In this document: positions 38,532 to 49,678 of the stretch, one piece after another
How positions within the stretch are numbered: position 1 is the stretch's first letter
Layout of the letters: the number at the start of each line of letters is the position of its first letter
Source: Mustelus asterias
Lineage: Eukaryota
Assembly: GCF_964213995.1 (NCBI RefSeq)
Contig: NW_027590581.1
Coordinates: 124,001 to 188,000, forward strand
Direction of reading: 5' to 3'
Length of the DNA: 64,000 nt
Made by a program: the position numbers and the translations under genes
Notes under the pieces: model-generated
What the model was told of the DNA's origin: nothing
Seen by the model: the letters and a program-made list of their open reading frames with translations, nothing else
The model's database searches: none

Positions 38532-39439
38532 GATGTTGCGAAAATGTCAATTTGATTTGCTGCTTCATGGGATCCACGATGAATTTATTAGCTTTCTAGG
38601 CCATTTCAGATGATATTTTTGTGCGCCTGGAGACACACTTGAAATAGATGGAAGTTCTCCATCCATACAGGGCATCAGCTAGGATGTTTTCTTCAGGACA
38701 ATAGGCCAACATTACAGCAACTCACTTTAAATTCCAAATTTTAATTGCATGTTTGAATCTCACGATCTTCTGTGGGATTCAAACTGATGGACGACAACAT
38801 TATAAGGGAATTATCTTAGAATAACCAGCCCAGTGATAATACCACTATGCCATTGCCTCACTGTCAACAAACAATAGAATAATGTAGAAGAAGACCGTTT
38901 GAACTGTCGTGTATGTGCTGGCCCGTGAAAGGAGCAATTAATCCAACACACTCCATACCCACAGTCAAGCATTCTTGTTACTTTTCAGGTAGTAATCGAG
39001 GATGAATTGAACCTGCCTCCACCACATTCCCAAATAGAATATTACAGATCTGAATCACTCTGAGTAAAAAAAGGTTTTCGTTATGTCGCCACGCTTCTTT
39101 TGCCAATGAGGTGTCTTGGCTCTCTGATACAAAAGATTTCCGGCAAACAGAACAGTTCGCTCTATCGACCCTTATGAATTTGAATACCTCTATCAGATTA
39201 CCTCTGCACCTTTCCGTCAAGGGAAACATTCCCAACTTCCCCAAACTATCTTCATCACCGAAGATGCCCATCCCAAACTACGCTTGAACTGAACCACGAC
39301 GTTTCAGAGGCATTTAAGATTTAAGCCCGTTGCTGCGGATAGCGGGAGGAACCCCCTGCTCTTCTTTCTCATGGCATCTTTCATATTCAGGCGCTAAATC
39401 CCCTTCCAATCTCTTGATTCCGAATTGAATAAGAAAAGA

Positions 39440-41092
39440 GGGGATTCACCAGACCCGCACGGAGACTAGGTTTCTCCGTTTCCCTGTGTAGGCTTTCCTG
39501 TTCCTCTCTTAGATGGTTCTGATGTGCAATGACGTTACAAAGGTTGACATGCTCGTTCGTTCAGTTTGGCGCTCGGCATTCTTTGTGTAGTGTGATGGCT
39601 AATATGTGTACTTAATACATAAAAGTACCCAGTTCCAAACAGTCCTGTAAGCAACATTGGACGGATAGTTTCCTTTGACAAGGTCCCTCATGGGAGGTTA
39701 GTTAGGAAGGTTGAGTCGCTAGGTATACATGGGGAGGTAGTAAATTGGATTAGACACTGGCTCAATGGAAGAAGCCACAGAGTGGTTGTGGACGATTGCT
39801 TCTCTGAGTGGAGGCCTGTTACTAGTGGTGTGCCGCAGGGATCAGTGTTGGGTCCATTGTTGTTTGTCATCTATATCAATGATCTGGATGATAATGTGGT
39901 AAATTGGATCAGCAAGTTTGCTGATGATACAAAGATTGGAGGTGTAGTGGACAGTGAGGAAGGTTTTCAAAGCTTGCAGAGGGATTTGGACCAACTAGAA
40001 AAATGGGCTGAAAAATGGCAAATGGAATTTAACGCAGACAAGTGTGAGATATTGCACTTTGGAAGGACAAACCAAAGTAGAACGTACAGGGTAAATGGTA
40101 GGACTCTGAAGAGTGCAGTTAAACGGAGGGATCTGGAAATACATGTACAGAATTCCCTAAAAGTGACGTCACATGTGGATAGGTTCGTAAAGAGTGCCTT
40201 TGGTACATTCGCCTTTATAAATCGGAGTATCGAGTATAAAAGTTGGAGTGTTATGGTAAGGTTATATAAGGCATTGGTGAGGCCGAATGTGGAGTATTGT
40301 GTACAGTTTTGGTCACCTAGTTACAGGAAGGATGTAAATAAGGTTGAGAGAGTGCAGAGAAGGTTCACAAGGATGTTGCCGGGACTTGAGAAGCTGAGTT
40401 ACAGAGAGAGATTGAATAGGTTGGGACTTTATTCCCTGGAGCGTAGAAGATTGAGGGGAGATTTGATAGAGGTGTATAAGATTTTGATGGGTATAGATAG
40501 AGTGAATGCAAGCAGGCTTTTCCCGCTGAGGCTAGGGGAGAAAAAGACCAGAGGGCATGGGTTAAGGGTGAAAGGAGAAAAGTTTAAAGGGAATATTAGG
40601 GGGGGGGGGGGGGGGGGCTTCTTCACGCAGAGAGTGGTGGGAGTGTGGAATGAGCTGCCGGATAAAGTGGTAAACTTTTAACATTTAAGAAAAACTTGGA
40701 CGGGTTCATGGATGAGAGGGTGTGGAGGGATATGGTCCAAGTGCAGGTCAGTGGTTCGGCACAGACAAGAAGGGCCAAAAGGCCTGTTTCTGAGCTGTAA
40801 TTTTCTATGGTTCTATGATCATTCAGCCCGCAAATGTTGTGTGCTGAGCCTTTTCAACAATTTCAGCTTTTACCAGAGATGGTTGGGCTTCTTTGAATTG
40901 AAACAAATGTGTTATATTCCGGTCAACAATGTTCATGTGTCGGGTCGTAGCTCCAGGAATATTCTTCCCGCTTCGGATGTTTCAACTGGTGGGCACGTGA
41001 GAGGTTCCCCCATTCAAATCGTAGGCAACCCCTTTGCTTCGTTTTGTCGAAAATAGGTGTTTTGATTTGTTTGTGGCGCAGGTGGCGGAGTT
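39440..41092 (-). pseudogene. Possible highly decayed HSP70-family (HSPA14-like) retrocopy split by a LINE
   Basis: SAT...STKRSKGVAYDLNGGTS-x9-SG-x6-T-x4-NI spacing parallels the HSPA14 ATPase segment as recalled; SVQCCLQDCLE beyond the LINE parallels SANCFLDSLYE. Confidence 0.35.
39673..40817 (+). mobile_element. CR1-type LINE 3' ~1.1 kb, young (299-aa open RT frame)
   Basis: ORF 39782-40681: VTSGVPQGSVLGPLLFVIYINDLD...SKFADDTK...; tail ttctatggttctatg. Confidence 0.95.
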
Positions 41093-41704
41093 AGTTTTTG
41101 CTGGCCAGCTCCGAAAACGATTCAGAGAGACACAGAGTTTTACAGTACGGGAGAGGCCGTTCGGCCCATCGGCCATCGTGTCCGCGTCGACCGTCACCCC
41201 CCAGAACTTGAAACATGAACGCTGTTTCCCTCACCATAGATGCTGCCAGGCCTACTGAAATAACGCAGCATTTTCTGTTTTTATTTCAGGTTTCCAGTTT
41301 TTGCCGTGTTCCACTTCATATTCGGTCCGGTTTGAATGATACCAATTGCTGGGCCGTGAGTATCAATGTGCCAGAATGTTTGATGCGTTGCAAATTTGAT
41401 CAGGGGTCAAAGGAATGTATCAGAAAAGAGGGGCAGCGGCAGATCCGCACTTCATCTCGAATTCCTCGTCTTGAATATTTTTCCCCATTTCTCCATTATG
41501 AAGGCACCTTTTTTGAAAAGGTGGATCTCCTGTCATTTCCTCTAGTTCAGTTACAACATCAATTGTGTCTCTCTCTTTGAGCACACGCTACTGTTCTACA
41601 TGTTTTAGATTGAAATTAACTTTGTTATCTCCGTCTATAAAATCATTATTGTTGAAAGAAGGAATTACTGTATATGCACGATGTGAAAATAGGAAAATCA
41701 TTTT

Positions 41705-42500
41705 ACAAAGAACAAAGAAAATTACAGCACAGAAACAGGCCCTTCCGCCCTCCAAGCCTGCACCGACCACACTCCCCGAAAGAACTAAAGCCCCCTATGC
41801 TTCCAGGTACCATAACCGTCTGTTCCCATCCTAATCATGTATTTGTCAAGACGCCCCTTAAAAGTCGCTATCGTATTTGCTTCCACTGCCTCCCCGAGCA
41901 GCGAGTTCCAGGCACCCACCACCCTCTGTGAAAAAAATTGCCTCGGACATCTCCTTTAAACCTTTCCCCCCACAGCATAAACCTATGCCCCCTAGTAATT
42001 GACTCTTCCACCCTGGGAAATAGCTTCTGAGTATCCATTCTGTCCATGCCCCTCATAATCTTGTAGACTTCTACCGGGTCGCTCATCAAACTCCGTCATT
42101 CTAGTGAGAACAAACCAAGTTTCCCCAACCCCTCCTCACAGCTAATGCGCTCCATACCAGGCAACATCCTGGTAAATCTGTTCTGTACCTTCTCTAAAGC
42201 CTCCACATCCTTCGAGCAATGTGGCGACCAGGATTGAACATTATATTCCAAGTGCGGCCTAACTAAAGTTCTATAAAGCTGCAATACTTAATTGAGAATA
42301 TTTAAACTCAAAGCCCCGGCAGATGAAGGCAAGCATGCCGTATGCATTCTTGACTACCTTCTCCACCTGCGTTGCCACTTTCACTGACGTGTGTACCTGT
42401 ACACCCAGACCTCTCTGACTATCAATACTCTTAAGGGTTCTGCCATTTACTGTATACTTCCTATTTGTATTAGACCTTCCAAAATGCATTACCTCACATT
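41705..42500 (-). mobile_element. CR1-type LINE 3' fragment
   Basis: ORFs 42271-42531, 42096-42284, 41868-42089; same subfamily as 9190-10060. Confidence 0.9.
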
Positions 42501-42665
42501 TTCTTCTCATTGTGCCATGAATATTCAGCACTTCTAATTTTAATGAATGAATTTTGAGGCCATGTCAGAGCAAATAAATATCCCTGGGAGCTAGCAGGTC
42601 TATTAAAATTGGGCAAGAAATTTAAATTCTACAAACGTCCCTCAAACTGGGCGAGAAACAATTGA

Positions 42666-42739
42666 TTTTTCTTCCTGGTTTTAGAACCAGGGGCTTTTCG
42701 CGTGTTAGGCGAACATGATAACCACTATACTGAAGCAGC
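42666..42739 (-). pseudogene. tRNA-Val(AAC) pseudogene
   Basis: agtatagtggttatcatgttcgcctAACacgcgaaaagcccctggttctaaaaccagg matches the vertebrate tRNA-Val body; acceptor stem and T-loop are damaged. Confidence 0.8.
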
Positions 42740-43295
42740 TGATCGCAGAGCCCATGCAATCAGGTTGTCTGCAATGTTCAACTCCACTATGTTGTTGCAG
42801 GTTCTAATGGTGAGACTGACAGCCCATGTCACTGAATACAAGAAGACAAACGTTACCTCCGACCGGATGTCTCAATTTACCTTGAACTTCAAAATTTAAA
42901 ATCTTTCATCTGTCAAATGTCTAAGAGAGCAATGATTTCTGCTCAATCATTAATGCATCATTCTCGCCTTCCTTCCAATAGTATCAACCAATTCTACTCA
43001 GTGTATGTTTCATAGAATCATAGAATCCCTATCGTGCAGAAAATGCCATTCGACCCAACGAGTATGCACCGACCCTCTGACATCCTATCCCCGTAACACA
43101 ACAGCTTTCCTCTGGATGATCTATCTAACCTAAGGGGCAGTTTCGCATGGCCAATCCACCTAAACTGCGCATTTTCTATCAATATATAATACCCGTACAT
43201 TTATTAATATAAATGTCATCATTGTGATTTGAACTTATCTGAAATACACAATATTGAATTGCAAACATGACTGACCAACAAAAGAAATCGAGTTT

Positions 43296-43637
43296 AAAGC
43301 AAAACACTGCGGATGCTGGAATCTGAAACAAAAACAACAAATGCCGCAAAATCCCAGCAGGAGTGCCAGCATCTGCAGGGAGAGAATGGAGCCAATGTTT
43401 TAAGTCCAGATGACCCTTCGTCAGAACGTATTTCCTCCTTTCATTCCATGAAGCTGATTTTTCTCCGTGTGAAGTCATTGTCCAATCCAAATTTGAAGAA
43501 GGAGTTTCTGCATTTTGCCTTAGTTAACAAAAGTTATCTGACGAAGCGTCATCTATTAGACTCGAAACGTTGGCTCTATTCTCTCCCCACAGACGCTGTC
43601 AGACCTGCTGAGGTTTTCCAGCATTTTCTGTTTTTGT
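43296..43637. mobile_element. Head-to-head inverted pair of a short repeat carrying hammerhead-like motifs
   Basis: 43296-43427 (minus) and 43533-43637 (plus) are inverted copies; plus copy CUGACGA-AGCGUC(AUCUAUUA)GACUC-GAAA-CGUU. Confidence 0.7.
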
Positions 43638-45501
43638 GTGTGAAAAGAAATCGAGGCGCTGGGTGATACGGATCCCATGGTGTTTATTTCAGATTGAGCA
43701 CAGGCAGCTATTAAACAAAGTCAAATATCGTAAAAGGGAAGAAGTTTAAGAATGATCTATTAGTTATACTTGATCCCCTTTTATTCTGGGTCTGAAACAT
43801 TCTGGCGCCTGAATCCCGTTCATCTATAGGGAAGTCCAGCAGATCGCACTGAGTCTCGATTTCGTCATCTGCCTGAGTGTTTTTTTCTACTTCTCTATTA
43901 TGATGAACGATTTTAAAAGATTGTTCTGCGCAACGTTGCCATTTCCTCTAGTTCAGTTACAGTATCACTTGTGTCCGTTTTATTAACACACAATTTTATT
44001 AGATATGTTTCAGATGGTGATTATAGGTTTATAGGTGCAGACATGTTAGCCATTGAATTCTGTTGTACCCTGAATGAATTGCCAACATGTGCATCTTATC
44101 AAAATAGGAACATTTCATTCCTCATGACGTCTTAAAATGGAGCATTTCTGAATTTGCTGAAAGCATTTGGGGCCGAGGTCACGGCAAATATAATATGGCT
44201 GTAACATCAAGATTCTGATAATGTTCAGAAACAAACTTAAATCCTGCAAACATCGCAGTTCTATGTTTCCAATCGGTTGCAAACCAGTGACTTTTCGGGT
44301 GCAAAGCGAGCGTGATGACCAATACGTTACAGAAATGATTGGTTACTATAAAACCTAAAGGGACTGTCTCTGTATCATTCACTGCTCTCAGGCCCGCATT
44401 CATCTTTGTACCTCAGTTGGGTTGTCTCTGTATCATTCCGCTCAATCTCAGCCTTGCCTATGTCAATGACTTTTATAGCTCTCTCAAAGTGTACAGGTGC
44501 ATTGGATGATATAGGAAGTGTACAGCTTAGCGACTAAGGACTTACTTGCCTGCATAGCACCGTTGATCAAATCTTTAAACATGGTGGGTTAGCAAGCACT
44601 GAGCTGATGCTCTGCTGAGGCTTCATTCAGCCACCTAGTCTTGGAAATTTCATCGATATTAAACAGAGATCAGGCAGTGACAGGGCTGATCCGCTGAAGG
44701 ATGCCTAAAATAGCTCCATGGCCAACAGTCTCCGACTCCAAATCACTGAATCCAGGCAGCCACTGAGCTGATGCACAAACTGGGCCACACTCACCTGCAT
44801 AGGCACATTGCTCAGGTTTTTCACAGGAAGTACGTACAGGGATAGGAAAACATACCTTTCAAGTTATCACCAATTTACACTTGCATATTGCTCAGATCTA
44901 CCTTGCAGCCACATTCATTTTACTGCTGCATTGTTTTGATTAAATGTTTATTTCTCTATTCTTTGATTGAAGTGTTTTTAGGCGTACATTTCTTCCCATC
45001 TGTTCTCTCTTTTGTTCGCTCCCTCAACATCAACTTCATTATTCCCTTTGTCAGCCGGAGATATCCCCTACCGCCCCGCCCCCTTTTCTATTGTCCCGTT
45101 CCCTGGTTAAATCTCGCAGTCCATGAGGTGCTGTCGGGCAGCTCTGAAGCCTTTTTAAGTCTGAGCAACCTTTACTTGGTGAAGCTGATCTTCCCAGCCA
45201 AGCCTGAATTGAAGCAAATAACCATTGGAAACGAAACATAAACTCTTTAACTGTTAGCTACTCTCTCTCTCTCTCTCTCTCACTCTCGCCGATCAACCTT
45301 CCAGTCTGATGGGATTCTGCTGTGTGTTGTCTCAGCCGATCCTGGATTCAGCTGGGTGACAGTTTGATCCGAGGTTAATGAGGTTTCCTCTGGATGTGTG
45401 TTTGAGCGGCTGACAACGCCGCTGCTCAATCTGGCTGTAACCTTCCGCGATTCTCTGCACAAACCTCAACAGACTGGAGCACCCAATGATAGCTGGAAAA
45501 C

Positions 45502-45540
45502 AGTTTTTGTATGGGGGTGAGACTGCTTTCTATCACTGTG
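45502..45540 (-). other. Recombination signal sequence, 23-bp spacer
   Basis: CACAGTG (45540-45534) + atagaaagcagtctcacccccat (23 nt) + ACAAAAACT (45510-45502). Confidence 0.97.
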
Positions 45541-46108
45541 AGACGGAAAGCGCAGTAATAGCGGCCAGCGTCAGTCAGCTGTAGGTTCGAGATGGTTACA
45601 GTGGTTAATTTAGCCGAGGTCTGGAGATCAGCAGAGAAATTGGGTCCAGAACCTTCCCCTCTGTCTTCTTGTGTATCCCAGGACCTTTTCTGTATAATGA
45701 ACTGCAAATTCTTCTGTGGCTGCTGTCTGTACCAATATCGGACATAGTCGCTCGCTGTTGTGCTGTAGGTACATCGGAGAGTCACCGTTTCACCTTCTTT
45801 TCTCTCGAAAGACTGCGGCTGAGAAACAGAATCTCCATCACTCGGATCTGTAACATGTATTCAAGAAGAAAAATAAACTATGTGTTGGATGTGCTGCTGA
45901 AATAATATTAACACTTTACAGTCCAGTCTACATAACTGGAGTTATGAAGTAAAAACAAATAAAGGCTGAATTACTCAGCAGCGTCAGGAAGCATCACTGG
46001 AGAGAAGCAGAGTTAAAGTTTCAGATCGAGATAACATTTAACCAGATTGGAGTCATCCTTACCGACAAGAAACAGCCCGAACACAATGCAGACGGTGAGG
46101 AACTCCAT
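45541..46108 (-). CDS. TRAV: T-cell receptor alpha/delta variable gene segment, apparently functional (leader exon 46108-46063, V exon 45847-45541)
   Basis: GCCGCCATGG Kozak; MEFLTVCIVFGLFLV|D with gtaagg donor and ttacag acceptor; PSDGDSVSQPQSFERKEGETVTLRCTYSTTASDYVRYWYRQQPQKNLQFIIQK...LTTVTISNLQLTDAGRYYCAFR; 23-RSS immediately downstream. Alpha vs delta use cannot be told from sequence alone. Confidence 0.93.
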
Positions 46109-46138
46109 GGCGGCAGCAGAGCCCGGGGCTATGGTTAC

Positions 46139-46214
46139 CTTTAAAAATCCAAGCATTACCGGTACGGAATCTCTTTTTAACGTCACTTTCTGATTTCAAT
46201 GTTCCCGTCCAATC
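46139..46214 (-). promoter_or_regulatory. V-gene promoter: CRE-like decamer, TATA-like and CCAAT elements
   Basis: AGTGACGTTA at 46187-46178 (~70 bp upstream of the ATG), ttttaaa at ~46146-46140, ccaat at ~46209. Confidence 0.55.
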
Positions 46215-46374
46215 AAACAATCTGCAATCTACCCGTCATAGATTGAGATAATATTTAGATGAGTTTCAGTGATTGGCTGAAGCTCTTTGACCAACTGTAT
46301 TAAATATCTGAGACTGGAGTCAGTCACTTGAGTGAGTGCAATGTGTGGTGTGAGGGAAGAGTCAGCTTTGCTGA

Positions 46375-47085
46375 CAAGACCATGAGATATAGGAGCAGAG
46401 TTAGGCCATTCGGCCCATCGTGTCTGCTCCATCATTCAGTCATGGCCGATATGTTTAGAATCGCTACAGTGCAGGAGGAGGCCATTCCGCCCATCGAGTC
46501 TTCACCGACCACAGTCCCAGTCAGGCCCCGTTCCCGTAACTCCATGGCCAATCAACCTAACCCACATACTTTTGGACTGTGGGAGGAAACCGGAGCACGC
46601 AGGGGAAACCCACGCAGACACGGGGAGAATGTGCAGACTCCGCACAGGCAGTGACCCGAGGCTGGAATTGAACCCGGGCCTCTGGCGCTGTGAGGCAACA
46701 GTGCTAACCATTGTGCTAGAGTGCCATCCCTGTGGGGTTTCTCAACCCCATTCTCCCATCTTTTCCCCATAACGTTTGATCCCTTCACCAATCAAGGACC
46801 TATCGATCTCTGTCTTAAATATACTCAATGATCTGGCCTCCTGAGCCTTCTGTGTCAAGCAATTCCACAGATTCACCACCCTCTGGCTGAAGAAATGACT
46901 CCACATCTCGATTCAATTGGGTTCCCACTTTACTCTGAGGCAGTGGTCTGGGATCCAAGACTCTCCTACTAATGGAAACATCTTCTACACGTCTACTCTA
47001 TCCAGGCCTTTCCGTATTCTGTAAACTTCAAAGAGATCCCCCACATCACTGTAAACAGCATCGAGTACAGGCCCAGAGTTCTCAG
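46375..47085 (-). mobile_element. CR1 3' fragment with nested HE1 SINE (~46455-46715)
   Basis: LINE tail (ccatgagatataggagcag...) and body (ttcaccaccctctggctgaagaaa) flank a SINE. Confidence 0.75.
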
Positions 47086-47867
47086 GTGGAAGCAGTTTTT
47101 TATTTGATCGGTTTAAGTCGTTCATGTTGAATTTTGTTTAATTTTATGTAGGTTTGTGATGGCTTCTCAAGATCATTGTCATGCGCGTGACCTGTTCACA
47201 CTGAACGCTTCGTTCTGAACAGTAGATTTCGTCGGGTTGCGATTTTAAATAAAACAATATACTGATTGTACAACACCGGATTTAGATGCAGATCCCTTGA
47301 GAGAAACAAATTCAGCAACACAGAAACATCCAAGCAAAGAAATGAAGATAAACGGATGCAAAGACAGTGAGTTATTCGAAGGCCGATACCGTGATCGAAG
47401 GAGAGAGATAAGTGGAGAGGAAGAGATGGAGATGTAGAGAGATGAGCAAGAGGAAAGAGAATGACAGAAATGAGGCAGTGACAGGGAGATAAAAAGTGGG
47501 ACAGACATTGAGATAAATGAGGGAGAGATGGGGGCAGCAAGGAAAATAGATGATGATACGGTGAAGGGAACAGTTGCAGATATGCAGAGATAAGACAGAG
47601 AGTGACACAAAGAGAGACAAACAAACAGATCACAAGAGAAACAAAGATAGACAGTGACAGGAACAAACGGGTACAACTTGAAAATCAATGGCCTAAATCC
47701 AATCAGGAAGGGATTCCAGAAAGCGAAAGATAAATAACATAATTTAGAACGTGATGCCAGCAGGGAGATTTCCGAGAGCCCCTTGACACCCTGAGAATGA
47801 AGCTAGTATCGGTATCACATTGTGATCCTTCTCGTGCCCCTGCAGTAAACACGCACATGCGGTGAGG

Positions 47868-47886
47868 CAGCTCCATCTGGCGGCGA
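47868..47886 (-). promoter_or_regulatory. Candidate CTCF site between the two divergent V genes
   Basis: TCGCCGCCAGATGGAGCTG resembles the CTCF core CCNCCAGNNGGCGC. Confidence 0.45.
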
Positions 47887-48579
47887 TCCGAGGTAAATTG
47901 TTATTTTCTGGAAAACCACCGAATTCTCAGAATACGGAAGGACGTTACTGCATTCGTTTTAAATCTACGTTTATTTATTAGTGTCACAACTCTCTGGACT
48001 AATAGATTCTGAGTTTCTCTTTCTCCCTGTATTTCTCGGGTTCTCCGGTTCTCTTTTCGTTTGGGACCGATGTATCTCGTTCTGTCATTCCGCCTCGGTT
48101 TCTCTATCTCCCTTTGTCCTGCTTCTGACCGTCTCTGTCTTCACACTTGCTCTACATTCTTCTGTTTCTCCCCTTTTCCCTAAAATTCAGGAGTGAGACA
48201 ATCCGATTTCTCCCACTCTCCCATTTCAACGAGTCCACTCAATTACTCATTATATTGGAGCAGCAATAATTGATAAAGTTAATAACCAGAACTTAAGGGG
48301 TAACATTACGATGGAAAGATTTAAATGCAAATAACGAAAGAATATAGGAAATGAATGTGAATCCAGGGTCATGTTTGCATCTTGTGTTGTTATTTTAGAG
48401 TAGGCATCTTATCGGAATCTTGATGGCTCTTTCTTGTTTAAAATGGGCGTTTACACCCACTATTAATTGAATAAAGCGAATCGCCAGCAACGAAATAGAG
48501 TTGGGATTATCTCTCATGCATGCGTTCAAATGCATCAAATTACATTGCAATAGTAAAAGTACTGCAAGAATAATCCGAC

Positions 48580-48835
48580 ATCGTGGCACAGTGGTTAGCC
48601 GTGCTGCGTTACAGCGCTGGGGACCCGGGTTCAGTCACTGTCTGTGTGGAGTCTGAAGATTCTCCCCGTATCTGCGTGAGTTTCCTCCGGGTGCTCCGGT
48701 TTCCTCCCGCAGTCCGAACGATGTGCTGGTTAGGTGCATTGGCCATGCTAACGTTTCCCTAAATGTACCCGAACAGGCGCCAGAGTATGGCGACTAGGGG
48801 ATTTTCACATTAACTTCATTGAAGTGTTGATGTGA
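48580..48835 (+). mobile_element. HE1-related SINE variant (probably in the V-pseudogene leader intron)
   Basis: gtggcacagtggttagc...gggtgctccggtttcctccc...ggcgactaggggattttcac tail variant. Confidence 0.8.
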
Positions 48836-48936
48836 CTGAAAATTTCCAGCATTAAGCCAATGTTTGAATGATCAGTGCCTGTTCCATGGGTTCTCTTCGC
48901 TCTGAGATATTTAATATCTTCTGTGTTTTGTTACAG

Positions 48937-49597
48937 GGATAAATGTTGAAGATTCAGGATTTCAAGATCGATCGAAATGAAGCGTTCTGGAAGGACAGAG
49001 TATATTGTTGGACTGTAAATACTCGACAGCTGCTTTTCAAACTGTGTTCTGGTGCATCCAGAATAGTGGGGGGCACGGTAGCACAGTGGTTAGCACTGCT
49101 GCTTCACAGCTCCAGGGACCTGGGTTCGATTCCCGGCTTAGGTCACTCTGTGTGGAGTTTGCACATTCTCCTCGTGTCTGCGTGGGTTTTCTCCGGGTGC
49201 TCCGGTTTCCTCCCACAGTCCAAAGATGTGCGGGTTAGGTTGATTGGCCATGCTAAAATTGCCTTTAGTGTCCTGGGATGTGTAGATTAGAGGGATGAGT
49301 GGGTAAAATATGTAGGGATATGGGGGTAGGGCCTGGGTGGGATTGTGGTCGGTGCAGACTCGATGGGCCGAATGGCCTCTTTCTGTACTGTAAGGTTTCT
49401 ATGATTTCTATGATCCACTATCCCGGGCAAGCTCTGAGATATTTGATGAAGATATATAGCTCGGGCAATACCGATACGTCTCCGGATTTGTCAGATAGGT
49501 TCTCGGCTGCGTTGCACAAAGGAAACAACACTGTTCCCTTAAAAATCGCCAGGGCTCTTAGGACTGACTGCGCCGTGTATTTCTGTGCCATGGAGTT
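48937..49597 (+). pseudogene. TRAV: TCR alpha/delta V pseudogene (in-frame stop + SINE insertion)
   Basis: ttacag acceptor; INVEDSGFQDRSK*SVLEGQSILLDCKYSTAAFQTVFWCI-[SINE 49061-49412]-HYPGQALRYLMKIYSSGNTDTSPDLSDRFSAALHKGNNTVPLKIARALRTDCAVYFCAME; TGA at 48978-48980. Confidence 0.9.
49067..49412 (+). mobile_element. HE1-type SINE inserted in the V exon
   Basis: Full-length SINE flanked by atcca (49056-49060, 49413-49417). Confidence 0.92.
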
Positions 49598-49637
49598 CAC
49601 ACTGGTGCAGAAATACAGCGAACCCCGCACAAAAGCC
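49598..49637 (+). other. RSS of the V pseudogene
   Basis: CACACTG + 23/24-nt spacer + (C)ACAAAAGCC. Confidence 0.75.
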
Positions 49638-49660
49638 CCAGACTGGGAGTTCCGGTTAGA

Positions 49661-49678
49661 GATCAGCAGAGGGCGCTC
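49661..49678 (+). promoter_or_regulatory. Candidate CTCF site just 3' of the RSS
   Basis: GATCAGCAGAGGGCGCTC, ~25 bp downstream of the nonamer. Confidence 0.55.

Noticed and set aside
47196-47688. Hydrophobic 147-156 aa ORFs resembling membrane proteins
   Set aside because: Antisense translation of a purine-rich low-complexity tract.
49078-49100. CACAGTG heptamers in SINE heads as RSSs
   Set aside because: Part of the HE1 SINE A-box region; no nonamer at 12/23 spacing.
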